Positions 7,450-16,393 of a stretch of DNA of 64,000 bases are shown piece by piece (position 1 is the stretch's first letter; every line of letters begins with the position of its first letter). Location: the NCBI GenBank assembly GCA_002687895.1, contig NZBL01000003.1, positions 20,821 through 84,820 of the forward strand, given 5' to 3'. Under the pieces are notes generated by a model. That model did no database searches. It had not been told where the DNA came from and saw only the letters and a program-made list of their open reading frames with translations. Source of the stretch: a bacterium. Lineage in GTDB: Bacteria; Patescibacteriota; Patescibacteriia; UBA2169. The position numbers and the translations under genes were made by a program.

Positions 7450-8973
7450 ATGATTTCGTCAATGCCGCGATTATCACACAAACCGCTATATCGCTTTTTA
7501 GAAACAATCCCAGCCACTTTGGTTTGGGGTAGTTTTATTGGAGCAATAATTTTATCTATTTTCGCGCCATTGATTGCTATATATATCATCATATTATTTG
7601 ATTTGTATTGGCTAATTAAAGTAGTATATTGGCTAGTATACTTATTTAATTCATATCGCCATTATAGAACAGACATAAGAATTAACTGGCTCTCTAAACT
7701 AGAACAAGAAGATCCAATTTCTAATGACACAGCGCAATCGCATTGGAATAATTTATATCATTTAATATTTTTACCTACTTACAAAGAGCCTTTTGAAGTA
7801 CTTGATACAACATTTAAGGGTTTAGTTAATAGCAATTATCCTAAAGATAAATTTATAATTGCATTAGGAGTAGAGGAATGGGATAAAGAGCATGGATTGA
7901 AGGTTGCTCAAAAAATCAAGCAAAAATACGGAAATTACTTTTTTAAATTCTGGATTACTGTTCATCCAAAAAATCTTCCAAATGAGCAAAGAGGCAAAGG
8001 ATCAAACAATGTATTTGCCGCGAAAGCCGCGCAAAAGGAAATTGACAAGCTGAATATTGCATATGAAAAAATAATTGTATCAAGTTTTGATATTGACACA
8101 ATCGCGCATAAAGAATACTTTGGACATCTTACATATAAATTCTTGACCCACCCAAAGCCGCACAACACAAGCTATCAGCCAGTTGCTTTGTTTAACAACA
8201 ATATTTGGAAATCAAATCCATTTACAAGAACAGTTTCCAATGGCACAACATTCTGGCTTTTAACTGATCTCTCGCGTCCAGATCGTTTATTCACATTCTC
8301 ATCTCACTCAATGAGCTGGAAAACATTGGTTGCTGTTGGATTTTGGGAGGCTGATATTGTTACAGAAGATTCGCGCATTTTTCTGCAATGTCTGCTTCAC
8401 TATAATGGCGACTATGCTGTGACTCCAATGTATGTGCCAGTTTCCATGGATACTGTTGAGACAGGATCATTTTGGAGCTCCATATATGCTGTGTATAAGC
8501 AGCAAAGAAGATGGGCATGGGGAGTAGAGAATACCCCATACATGATGTGGCATTTTAGATTTAACAAAAAAATTCCTTTTATGAAAAAATTTAAATACTT
8601 TTTTAATCAAACAGAAGGAGCGTTCTCACTAGCAACTGTTCCAATATTAATTACAATGCTTGGGCGCTTGCCTTTGTATTTTGCAGATAAATCTACTCAA
8701 TCCACCGTAATAGCGCAAAACGCACCAATTGTTTTGGACTGGCTTTTGACAACTGCCATGGTTGGATTGTTCGCAACCGCAGTTATTTCAATTGTATTTT
8801 TACCGCCAATTCCAAAAGGCGAATCAAAGCACCGCTATTTGTGGATGTTTTTACAGTGGTTGCTTTTTCCTGTAAATATGATATTATTCGGCTCTGTGCC
8901 TGCAATTGAGGCGCAGACCCGCTTGGCCACAGGAAAGTATTTAGGCTTTCATGTGACTAAGAAAAATCGTTGA
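7450..8973 (+). CDS. Membrane-embedded family 2 glycosyltransferase of the processive cellulose/chitin-synthase-like type (QxxRW motif)
   Basis: 507 aa; N-terminal TMs, QQRRWAWG (QxxRW) motif, C-terminal TMs. Confidence 0.55.
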   Translation: MISSMPRLSHKPLYRFLETIPATLVWGSFIGAIILSIFAPLIAIYIIILFDLYWLIKVVYWLVYLFNSYRHYRTDIRINWLSKLEQEDPISNDTAQSHWNNLYHLIFLPTYKEPFEVLDTTFKGLVNSNYPKDKFIIALGVEEWDKEHGLKVAQKIKQKYGNYFFKFWITVHPKNLPNEQRGKGSNNVFAAKAAQKEIDKLNIAYEKIIVSSFDIDTIAHKEYFGHLTYKFLTHPKPHNTSYQPVALFNNNIWKSNPFTRTVSNGTTFWLLTDLSRPDRLFTFSSHSMSWKTLVAVGFWEADIVTEDSRIFLQCLLHYNGDYAVTPMYVPVSMDTVETGSFWSSIYAVYKQQRRWAWGVENTPYMMWHFRFNKKIPFMKKFKYFFNQTEGAFSLATVPILITMLGRLPLYFADKSTQSTVIAQNAPIVLDWLLTTAMVGLFATAVISIVFLPPIPKGESKHRYLWMFLQWLLFPVNMILFGSVPAIEAQTRLATGKYLGFHVTKKNR

Positions 8974-9799
8974 TATTGAATCCTTTATTGCCTTTCAGAA
9001 ATTCTGAATAAGGCATTCTTTTTTTACCTTCAAGCTGAACCTCCTTTGGAGTTCCATCTTTTGACATTTTCCAGATGATGAGCTTTTTATTTTTATAAGT
9101 TGTCCATGCCCCAGGCCAGGGATTCATTGCGCGAACATGTGCTTCAATTTCAGTTTTTGACTTTTTCCAGTTAATTTTCCCAACTTGTTTTGTCAATTTT
9201 TCTGTGAATGATGCTTTAGCATGATCCTGCTCTTTTGGTTTGATTTTGCCTGCAATATAATCTGGTAATATTTTTATAAACAAATCAGCACCTATTTTAG
9301 CGAGTTTATCATGTAAATCTCCTGCTGTTTCTGTTTTATCTAGTTTAACTTTTTCTTGTGTAATAATTGGTCCATGATCCATTTCATCATCAAGTTGCAT
9401 AATAGTAACTCCTGTTTCATCATCTTGATTTAAGATTGCTACCTGAATAGGGGATGAACCGCGATACTTTGGCAAAAGGGATGGATGAAGATTTAATATT
9501 CCCTTTGGAAATGAATTAATAAGTTTCTTTGGAATAATTTTTCCATAAGCAACAAGAATGCCAAGATCAGCACCTGTGGGGTCAATTTTAGTTATATCAT
9601 CAACAACATCAATCCCTGCCTTTTGTGATTCTTTTTTTATAGGAGAGGGAACTAATTTTGAATGATGCCTGCCAACTGGCTTATCTGGTTGCGTAACGAC
9701 AAATTTAATATCAATAAAACCGGCCTTAATTAAGGCCTTAAGTGTTGGCACTGCAAATTCAGGCGTACCGAAGAATATAATTTGATAATTCTTATACAT
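8957..9799 (-). CDS. fmt: Methionyl-tRNA formyltransferase
   Basis: 280 aa; N-terminus IIFFGTPEFAVPTLKAL, NLHPSLLPKYRG motif; directly downstream of def. Confidence 0.85.
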   Translation of the reverse strand: MYKNYQIIFFGTPEFAVPTLKALIKAGFIDIKFVVTQPDKPVGRHHSKLVPSPIKKESQKAGIDVVDDITKIDPTGADLGILVAYGKIIPKKLINSFPKGILNLHPSLLPKYRGSSPIQVAILNQDDETGVTIMQLDDEMDHGPIITQEKVKLDKTETAGDLHDKLAKIGADLFIKILPDYIAGKIKPKEQDHAKASFTEKLTKQVGKINWKKSKTEIEAHVRAMNPWPGAWTTYKNKKLIIWKMSKDGTPKEVQLEGKKRMPYSEFLKGNKGFNINDFS

Positions 9800-10268
9800 C
9801 TAATTTGCCTTTTGTGATTTCACTTACTCTATCTATGATCAAAACTCCGTCCATGTGATCAATCTCATGCTGGAGAACGCGAGCAAAAAGATTGGTTGCC
9901 TTCAACTTTTGCTCTTGTCCACTACTATCTGTGTAGCGGACTTTTATTTTTTTATGGCGATTCACCATTCCAAATACTTCTGGAATAGATAAGCATCCTT
10001 CTTCCTCTTCAACCATTTCTTTTGAAGCGGAAAATATTTTTGGATTGATAATTATCAAGTGATCTTCCAAAGATTCATCAGCGTCTTTGCTGATTATGGC
10101 GCAACGAACGCTCTTCCCAACCTGAACAGCGGAAATTCCAATGCCTTTTTCATGCTCCATGGTATCAATCATATCTGAACACAATTTTTGAACACCAGAA
10201 ATATCATCAACTTTAACTGATGCTTCACTTAACTTTGGGTTAGGATAAAATACAAGAGGCAGTTTCAT
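9792..10268 (-). CDS. def: Peptide deformylase
   Basis: 158 aa; motifs GIGISAVQVG, EGCLSIP, QHEIDH. Confidence 0.9.
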   Translation of the reverse strand: MKLPLVFYPNPKLSEASVKVDDISGVQKLCSDMIDTMEHEKGIGISAVQVGKSVRCAIISKDADESLEDHLIIINPKIFSASKEMVEEEEGCLSIPEVFGMVNRHKKIKVRYTDSSGQEQKLKATNLFARVLQHEIDHMDGVLIIDRVSEITKGKLDV

Positions 10269-11944
10269 AATACATTTTCTGGATCGCGATCTATGCTCCA
10301 GTCTTTTGAAAGCTCTTTGAGCATTGATAAATCAGTTTTAGAATTGAATTTTAATACAATTGATAATTTCTTTTTTTTGTCTACAAAAGGGCCTAATATC
10401 TTTACAGAGGAATCTAATTCCTGCTTAAGAATTCTGGCTGCTTGTTCATCATCATAAGGATTATTCTTTTTTCTTCTGTAAGAAAGCTTAATTAAATTTA
10501 CAAATGGGGGATATTGAAGTTCTTTCCTATGCTCTAGCTCATTTTTTATAAATGCATCCACTTCATCATACGCAAACGCGCGCATTATAGAACTATTAGG
10601 AGAATATGACTGCAGAATAAGCTCGCTAAATCCAAGTTCTTGAGCAAGCATTTTCCAATGCTGAAGACGATAATATACTCGTTCCGAGCTTCTGTAGTCT
10701 GGTATGGCAAGCAGTGGTTCTATAGAGCTGAATATTAGCAATCCAAGTGAACCGCGCTTAGAACTCAATTTTAAGCCTTCTAGGATATTAGGAGTTGCAA
10801 CAAGTACATCAAAGTCATTTTTATCAGTGCTAATATTACAATTTTTCAGTGATTTAGTCAATATTTCATATAATGCTTCAACAGACACACCTTTATCAGA
10901 TTTTTCACGCAAGGATAATATGACAACTTTCTTTTGAGCATTGATAGTTTCTTGAACGCGACCCATGGTTTTATCCGCCATAATAGAAAAATCTTTTCTT
11001 GTCATTTCCTGCTCCATATCAATGATTTTGATTTTGAGATTATGACTGCGAGCAGGAGGTAAATTTATATATGATAGAGCCTTGTTTGTGACAATAGAGC
11101 TGGATGAAGTAAAGATTAATTGCGACTTGCTGATGCCTGCGAGCCAGTTAGCCGCAATCCTAGCGTCATATTTTGGATGCTGGTCATACTGCTTAAAATC
11201 ATCGCTTGTGCTTTCAAAGAATATAATAATGCTGTTAGCCTGAATAGGAAGAAATACGCCTTGTCGAGTTGAAAAAATAATATTTGACTTGGCATCTCTT
11301 ATGCTTTTATACGCATTCCAGTACTGTGTCTTATTTAAATCGCTATGAATTGCGGTGCATTTGCCTGAACACAAAATTTGCACAGTAGCTTGCATGGCAT
11401 TAATCATTTCAATGTTCGGAACCAATACAAGCAATTGGCTTTGCGTGTGCTTTGACAGGCGGACAATGAGCCATACAAACGAAGACACGTCGCTGATTGT
11501 GATATGGCTTGCTTGATCTGACAGGGTAGAAGCGAACTGCTCAAGTGCTGGAAGCTGGCTTTTCGCGATTCTGAATTCAGCGTCTGAAGCAAGGGCGTAA
11601 TCTTTAGTAGTAATTTTTTTCTCTGGCGCGTCTGGAACTATCATGCGCGCAACTGATCCGCGAGCTACAAAATAATAATCACTGAATTTTTGAATTAAAT
11701 CCAGCTGGCTGCTGGTTAGGATTGGATTCTCATCCGCGATTGACGCGACAGGACGGGCTCTAAACTTTTTTGATTCTTGAGTTTGGGCCAAAGACAAAAC
11801 AACCCCTGTGGCTTTTTCATGCCTCCAGGGGATTTGTACTAATTGTCCTTCTTTTATCCTGCTAGTAAATTCATCTGGAACAAAGTAGTCAAACACATCA
11901 ACTTTAGAAGGCAGGCGAAGAAGAGGAGTAACTTTTGCTATCAT
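10265..11944 (-). CDS. Primosomal protein N' (PriA)-like with a degenerate helicase Walker A
   Basis: 559 aa; N-terminal 3'-DNA-binding region MIAKVTPLLRLPSKVDVFDYFVP...GQLVQIPWRHEKATGVVL; LVLVPNIEMINAM segment matches PriA motif I-a but no GxTGSGKT Walker A is present. Confidence 0.55.
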   Translation of the reverse strand: MIAKVTPLLRLPSKVDVFDYFVPDEFTSRIKEGQLVQIPWRHEKATGVVLSLAQTQESKKFRARPVASIADENPILTSSQLDLIQKFSDYYFVARGSVARMIVPDAPEKKITTKDYALASDAEFRIAKSQLPALEQFASTLSDQASHITISDVSSFVWLIVRLSKHTQSQLLVLVPNIEMINAMQATVQILCSGKCTAIHSDLNKTQYWNAYKSIRDAKSNIIFSTRQGVFLPIQANSIIIFFESTSDDFKQYDQHPKYDARIAANWLAGISKSQLIFTSSSSIVTNKALSYINLPPARSHNLKIKIIDMEQEMTRKDFSIMADKTMGRVQETINAQKKVVILSLREKSDKGVSVEALYEILTKSLKNCNISTDKNDFDVLVATPNILEGLKLSSKRGSLGLLIFSSIEPLLAIPDYRSSERVYYRLQHWKMLAQELGFSELILQSYSPNSSIMRAFAYDEVDAFIKNELEHRKELQYPPFVNLIKLSYRRKKNNPYDDEQAARILKQELDSSVKILGPFVDKKKKLSIVLKFNSKTDLSMLKELSKDWSIDRDPENVL

Positions 11945-12708
11945 ATAAATCTGGCTGCCATCATGCCCACTCCATGCTTTTGCTCATAATTTAAAATATC
12001 AGCCTTATAGTTCATCTTATCAAGCAATCCTAAAACGAGAGCCAAAGTCCTAGCACCACTGATATGAAACGAATTGATTTGAGCAGAACCAAGCTTAAAG
12101 AAAGAAAGTGTATCTTTATCATTTAAATATTTTAATAGTTTTTCGTCTAACTCGCGCGCGTTCTGCAAATTAGCCATATTAGACCGTGAAAGATCTCCTA
12201 AAGAGACTACTGCAACCTTATTGTCGGCTCTCTCAATTACGCTGCGAAGCTTGCTTCCAAATTTATGAAGACTATCTGAACTTTGCTGTGCATATGAAAA
12301 AGGCAGAATATTGTATTTTGCTCCATTGCTTTCTATTTGTATCATAGCTGCGCCAGAAGCAGTGTCAAGATCTGGCTCTGTAATAGATAATATGTCATAT
12401 TCCGTGCATAATGCATGCCTAATTCTGTACGCAAGCTCCAAATCTCCGGAAAACTCCTCTTTTGTCCTAAAATCTCCAAAATTTTCAAATTTTGCGCTGT
12501 GTTTTGGGCTTACATTTAGCAAATAATGGCTGGGCAATCTATTGTTATAAGGGGTAAGAAGAAGTATTGTATTGCATTTTTTCGCATATATATCACTAGC
12601 AATAGATTTTACAGATTCATGCATTTTTTTAAAGTTCTTAAACCTATGCCTGCTTATCTGCGGCAGTAAAAGAGGAGAATGCGGAATATGTGCAACATAT
12701 GACAACAT
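11941..12708 (-). CDS. Hypothetical protein, possibly MEMO1/AmmeMemoRadiSam-system protein B-like (extradiol dioxygenase subunit B-like fold)
   Basis: 255 aa; weak resemblance only (N-terminal HIPHSPLL, C-terminal HGVGMMAA); the family call is tentative. Confidence 0.3.
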   Translation of the reverse strand: MLSYVAHIPHSPLLLPQISRHRFKNFKKMHESVKSIASDIYAKKCNTILLLTPYNNRLPSHYLLNVSPKHSAKFENFGDFRTKEEFSGDLELAYRIRHALCTEYDILSITEPDLDTASGAAMIQIESNGAKYNILPFSYAQQSSDSLHKFGSKLRSVIERADNKVAVVSLGDLSRSNMANLQNARELDEKLLKYLNDKDTLSFFKLGSAQINSFHISGARTLALVLGLLDKMNYKADILNYEQKHGVGMMAARFI

Positions 12709-12709
12709 A

Positions 12710-14140
12710 TTATTCTATATTATCTCCCAAGATCTCTCCTTCTCCATATGTAACAATCAAATCCAATGGATCGCCAATAGGATGCAGGTCAACTACGCTT
12801 TGAGGCACTTCATGTATATTATCCCATGCATAGCCAAGCTTTTCAAATGCTTCGCCTGAAATGACAGCTCTACGTCTTCCATCTGATATCACATATACAG
12901 CAGAAGATTCAGATGAGGTGATGATGGTTCCGTCTTTAAGCTTAAGTCTGCCAGCGTACCCGTATTGGTTGAGCTCGCCTGGATGAATTGCCAAGGGTTT
13001 TGTGTTTCTAAAATTTAAATCAAGTATTGTGCGATCTATAATTCCTTGCCGCTTTCCATCTTGCACGAAAAATACTGCTCCAGTGGAATTGTCTTGAAGA
13101 AGAGCGCCTGTTGGATATGCAGAGGATAATGTGATGTTGTCTCCTATAATGTATAATTCAAGGTCTTCTTCATTTACCTTTATAACTTCCTCCGGATTAA
13201 ATCCTATTGTGCGAAAAACTTCTTGGGACTCTATTCCGCGAATAGTGTCATCTACTAACAGATAGATGGTTCCATAAGGAGCTTGGAGCAGGGAATAATT
13301 AGCAAACTGAATTGAAGGGCCTATTTCATATGTTTCTAATTCATTTTTGCTGACTTGAATTATGCGCGATGAATCATAGCGAGAATATAGTGCTACACGA
13401 GTCTTAAAAGGCCTGCGATTGCCATTCTGAAGCAGCCACACACCTGGCTCGCCTTTTTCCTGCAAAAGGGTTCCATCAGGATAGTTTCTTACAAAGTACC
13501 TGTTCCATATTCTCCAAAAGTTGAAGTTAGCGCCTATTCTTGATCCGCCTCTGTATGGATTATAGGTATATAATACTGCTGTTGCATTATTAACAGGGGT
13601 AACATTATATCCATCTAAGGTTTTTTTGGTTCTTGCAGGACCCCAGCCAGTAAAAGTTCTGCCTAAGGATTTTAGATCTCTTAGGTATGCTACTCGTACT
13701 TTTTCCGCAAAATCTGATACTTGATTATAAAATCCTTTGAAAGGCGCAAGGCTAGGGTCTGATTTTGAGCATGAATCACAAACCGCAAACCCAGTTGCCC
13801 AGTCTAGTTGATTTTGACTAGGGGATTTGTCTGTAATTAATGATTGCTCCTTTTGAAGCATTGCTAAAATTACTTTTGGGCTTATTTGGTAAATCTGTGA
13901 TTCTTCAAATATAATTTGAGAAGCTGGCTTGCGAACTCCGTCAACAACCTCGGTGAATTGTGCTAAAAAGCTTCCTTTTTGTTCTAAAAACCTTTGTATT
14001 GAGTCCAGTGATAGGGAATTGTAGTCTTCTAACTCAAAGTCAGAAATAATATTATTTTGATTAAAATCAGCAGCACTCACAGATAAGAAAGGTGACAAGC
14101 TAAAGATAAATACAATTATAGACGGCACAATTTTTTTCAT
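12710..14140 (-). CDS. Secreted paralog of 38..2245 (GH73-like N-terminal domain plus GDP[IL]-centred repeats)
   Basis: 476 aa; signal peptide MKKIVPSIIVFIFSLSPFLSVSA; AMLQKEQSLITDKS ... LDWATGF aligns with ORF1; repeats IGPSIQ / IIGDNITLSSAYPTGALLQDNSTGAVFFVQDGKRQ / IGDPLDL. Confidence 0.6.
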   Translation of the reverse strand: MKKIVPSIIVFIFSLSPFLSVSAADFNQNNIISDFELEDYNSLSLDSIQRFLEQKGSFLAQFTEVVDGVRKPASQIIFEESQIYQISPKVILAMLQKEQSLITDKSPSQNQLDWATGFAVCDSCSKSDPSLAPFKGFYNQVSDFAEKVRVAYLRDLKSLGRTFTGWGPARTKKTLDGYNVTPVNNATAVLYTYNPYRGGSRIGANFNFWRIWNRYFVRNYPDGTLLQEKGEPGVWLLQNGNRRPFKTRVALYSRYDSSRIIQVSKNELETYEIGPSIQFANYSLLQAPYGTIYLLVDDTIRGIESQEVFRTIGFNPEEVIKVNEEDLELYIIGDNITLSSAYPTGALLQDNSTGAVFFVQDGKRQGIIDRTILDLNFRNTKPLAIHPGELNQYGYAGRLKLKDGTIITSSESSAVYVISDGRRRAVISGEAFEKLGYAWDNIHEVPQSVVDLHPIGDPLDLIVTYGEGEILGDNIE

Positions 14141-14170
14141 GCATTTATTGTACCATAAATTTTTTAGAAT

Positions 14171-14220
14171 AAAAAAAGCGCATATGAGTCTTTTTAACCT
14201 TTCAGGTTGCTCATATGTGC
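14171..14220 (-). terminator. Rho-independent terminator (minus strand) between a small leader ORF and the secreted-protein gene
   Basis: Minus-strand gcacatatgagc-[loop]-gactcatatgcgc hairpin (CATATGAG/CTCATATG stem) followed by T7. Confidence 0.65.
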
Positions 14221-14265
14221 AATAACGGCTTGACCGTTAATAAATTCCGTGGGTTACCGTGAGCG

Positions 14266-14400
14266 TCACCCGAGCTTGGAATCGTTGGCGGTGGCCGGAA
14301 GGGCCCCATTGACTTCGTCCGTCGTCCTTAATTCTACAAACAAGCTGTTGGGGCCAGCGCGAATAGTCTCACACTCGGCCCTGGAGATGAATTTATTCAT
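14266..14400 (-). CDS. Small ORF (44 aa), GC-rich, with strong SD; candidate leader peptide or small protein upstream of the terminator and the secreted-protein gene
   Basis: Minus-strand aaggagaactgtcATG; peptide MNKFISRAECETIRAGPNSLFVELRTTDEVNGALPATANDSKLG; the start codon lies within the perfect palindrome atgaatttattcat. Confidence 0.3.
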   Translation of the reverse strand: MNKFISRAECETIRAGPNSLFVELRTTDEVNGALPATANDSKLG

Positions 14401-14574
14401 GACAGTTCTCCTTTAAAAGGGAGTTCTGCGGACGGTAAAAGTAGGGGGACGTGAATTAAATGTAAAGGAGCCAATATAATTATACCTTAATTACAATCAC
14501 TACGTTAACTAGCTCTTTCCATAGGAAGCTAGAATATTGTGTATTTTTCTGTAAAGGTATATACTAAAATTACC

Positions 14575-14808
14575 ATGCAAACACAAGCACAAGTTACCAT
14601 CAATTTAGATAAAACACTCAAAGAGAAAGTTCAAAAAAAGGCACGAAAAAAGGGGATAACAATTTCCTCTCTTACGAATTCTTTTTTTAAGGATTTCGTG
14701 GAAAATGAGCAAACGCTTGTTGATAGACTTGAGGAGCGCATGTTTGATAGTGTACTACAATCAACAAAAGTAAAAAAAGAACTCAGTAATCTTGGAAAAT
14801 TACTATGA
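14575..14808 (+). CDS. Ribbon-helix-helix antitoxin (RelB/DinJ/ParD-like)
   Basis: MQTQAQVTINLDKTLKEKVQKKARKKGITISSLTNSFF: typical RHH N-terminus; 4-nt ATGA overlap with the downstream toxin-like ORF. Confidence 0.6.
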   Translation: MQTQAQVTINLDKTLKEKVQKKARKKGITISSLTNSFFKDFVENEQTLVDRLEERMFDSVLQSTKVKKELSNLGKLL

Positions 14809-15167
14809 GTAAGATTCTATTAACTAGATCTTTTACTCAGGAATTATCTAAACTACGAATCACAACAAAACAGGAAATTATTACGGTTATTGTTCAATAT
14901 GAAAAAGGTCTGCCAGTGTTGTTGGATTTATACTCACCAGAAAAAAATATAAAAGTACTCAAAGGATATATTCGTCATAGGAGAGGGGTGCGAATAGCTG
15001 TAGTCTTAGAAATTCAGAAGCACGTTTATGTGCCTTTTTTTATAGCAAAAAAGACAAGTAGAGAAGGCTGGAATCTGAGTAAATATTCCGAAATCTATTT
15101 ATCATCAAAGATTAGACGCGTGTATAGGGATATTAAAAATCAGCTATATGAAAAAATAACAATTTAA
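14805..15167 (+). CDS. RelE/ParE-superfamily toxin-like protein
   Basis: 120 aa; KVLKGYIRHRRGVRIAVVLEIQKHVYVPFFIAKK resembles the RelE/ParE core (R-rich beta strands); translationally coupled to the RHH gene. Confidence 0.5.
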   Translation: MSKILLTRSFTQELSKLRITTKQEIITVIVQYEKGLPVLLDLYSPEKNIKVLKGYIRHRRGVRIAVVLEIQKHVYVPFFIAKKTSREGWNLSKYSEIYLSSKIRRVYRDIKNQLYEKITI

Positions 15168-15172
15168 TTAGT

Positions 15173-16393
15173 ATGCAATCTGTAAACATTCTAGGTATAG
15201 AAATATCTGATATAAGTAAATCTGAAGCACTAGCTCGTGTCAGGAATTACCTAAATAGCAAATATCAGCATTACATAGTTACGCCAAATCCAGAAATAGT
15301 TCTAAAAGCTAAAAATGATCAAAATTTGCGCCTAATTCTGAATCATGCTGATCTTGCCTTGCCAGATGGATTTGGATTAAAGATAGCAGCCAGAATTCTA
15401 GGGCAAAAGCTTCATCATAGAATAACAGGAGCTGATTTTATGGAGTCTATTAGCATGCTAGCTGAATCAGAAGACTGGCCTGTTTTTCTATTGGGAGGCA
15501 TGGACGAAAAAATAGCAGAGCAGGCAGCATGGTATTTGCGGTACAAATACAAAAACCTAAAAATCGTTGGTCATGCAAGCGGTGGTGTGGTAGAATTTAA
15601 GCATGCCAAATGGCAGACATCAGACACAAAGCTGATTGATCATATCAATAAATCCCAAGCAAAAATCATATTTGTGGGATTTGGATGCCCAAAGCAGGAA
15701 AAGTGGATTTATCAGAATCTAGATAAGATTCCTTCTGTTAAGGTGGCCATGACAATTGGAGGGGCTTTAGACTTTTTAGCAGGAGAGCGCAAGCGCGCCA
15801 TATATTTATTGCGCAGGTTAGGATTGGAATGGTTTTGGAGAATGATTACTGAATCATCTCACCTAAAGCGTATTTGGAATGCTACAGCAGTTTTTATTTG
15901 GACATCAATTAAGTGGCGAATAAGAATGTTTAAATACCGCGAAAACGCCGCAGCATTCATTGTAAACAGCAAAGATGAAATATTTTTAATAAAGCGGGCA
16001 GACACAAAAGATGATCACTGGCAAATGCCCCAAGGCGGTGTAGATTCCAACGAAACCCCAGAGCAGGCCGCAATACGTGAAGCAAAAGAGGAAACTGGAA
16101 TGCGGAATTTAGAAATAATCGGACTTCATCCAGATCACCATGCTTATGAATTTCCATCTAATTGGCATAAATTCAACAATGGATACAAGGGCCAAAGACA
16201 GAATATTTTTTATTTAAAATATAAGGGTGATAATTCTGATATAAAGCTTGATAATAGGGAAGCAATAGATTATTCATGGGTATATATTGATGATGTGGAA
16301 GACATGGTTTACGAAAGAAGAAAGCAAATGGCCAAGATGGCAGTTGAGGGATATAAACAAATTCAAAATGACAAAGCAGAGCAGCAAAATTAG
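15173..16393 (+). CDS. Fusion protein: WecG/TagA/CpsF-family (GT26) glycosyltransferase N-terminal domain and a C-terminal Nudix hydrolase domain
   Basis: 406 aa single ORF; N-terminus VTPNPEIVLKA...LALPDGFGL...FVGFGCPKQEKW (WecG/TagA hallmarks); C-terminal Nudix box GGVDSNETPEQAAIREAKEETGM. Confidence 0.7.
   Translation: MQSVNILGIEISDISKSEALARVRNYLNSKYQHYIVTPNPEIVLKAKNDQNLRLILNHADLALPDGFGLKIAARILGQKLHHRITGADFMESISMLAESEDWPVFLLGGMDEKIAEQAAWYLRYKYKNLKIVGHASGGVVEFKHAKWQTSDTKLIDHINKSQAKIIFVGFGCPKQEKWIYQNLDKIPSVKVAMTIGGALDFLAGERKRAIYLLRRLGLEWFWRMITESSHLKRIWNATAVFIWTSIKWRIRMFKYRENAAAFIVNSKDEIFLIKRADTKDDHWQMPQGGVDSNETPEQAAIREAKEETGMRNLEIIGLHPDHHAYEFPSNWHKFNNGYKGQRQNIFYLKYKGDNSDIKLDNREAIDYSWVYIDDVEDMVYERRKQMAKMAVEGYKQIQNDKAEQQN

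Noticed and set aside
14230-14460. Tested whether the GC-rich island is tmRNA, RNase P RNA or SRP RNA
   Set aside because: No GGUUCGAnUCC T-arm with acceptor pairing, no RNase P CR-I (GGAAAGUCCGG) or CR-V motifs, and no clear SRP domain IV by eye; a GGCCGGAAGGGCC segment is only vaguely SRP-like. Kept as an unassigned regulatory or leader element instead.
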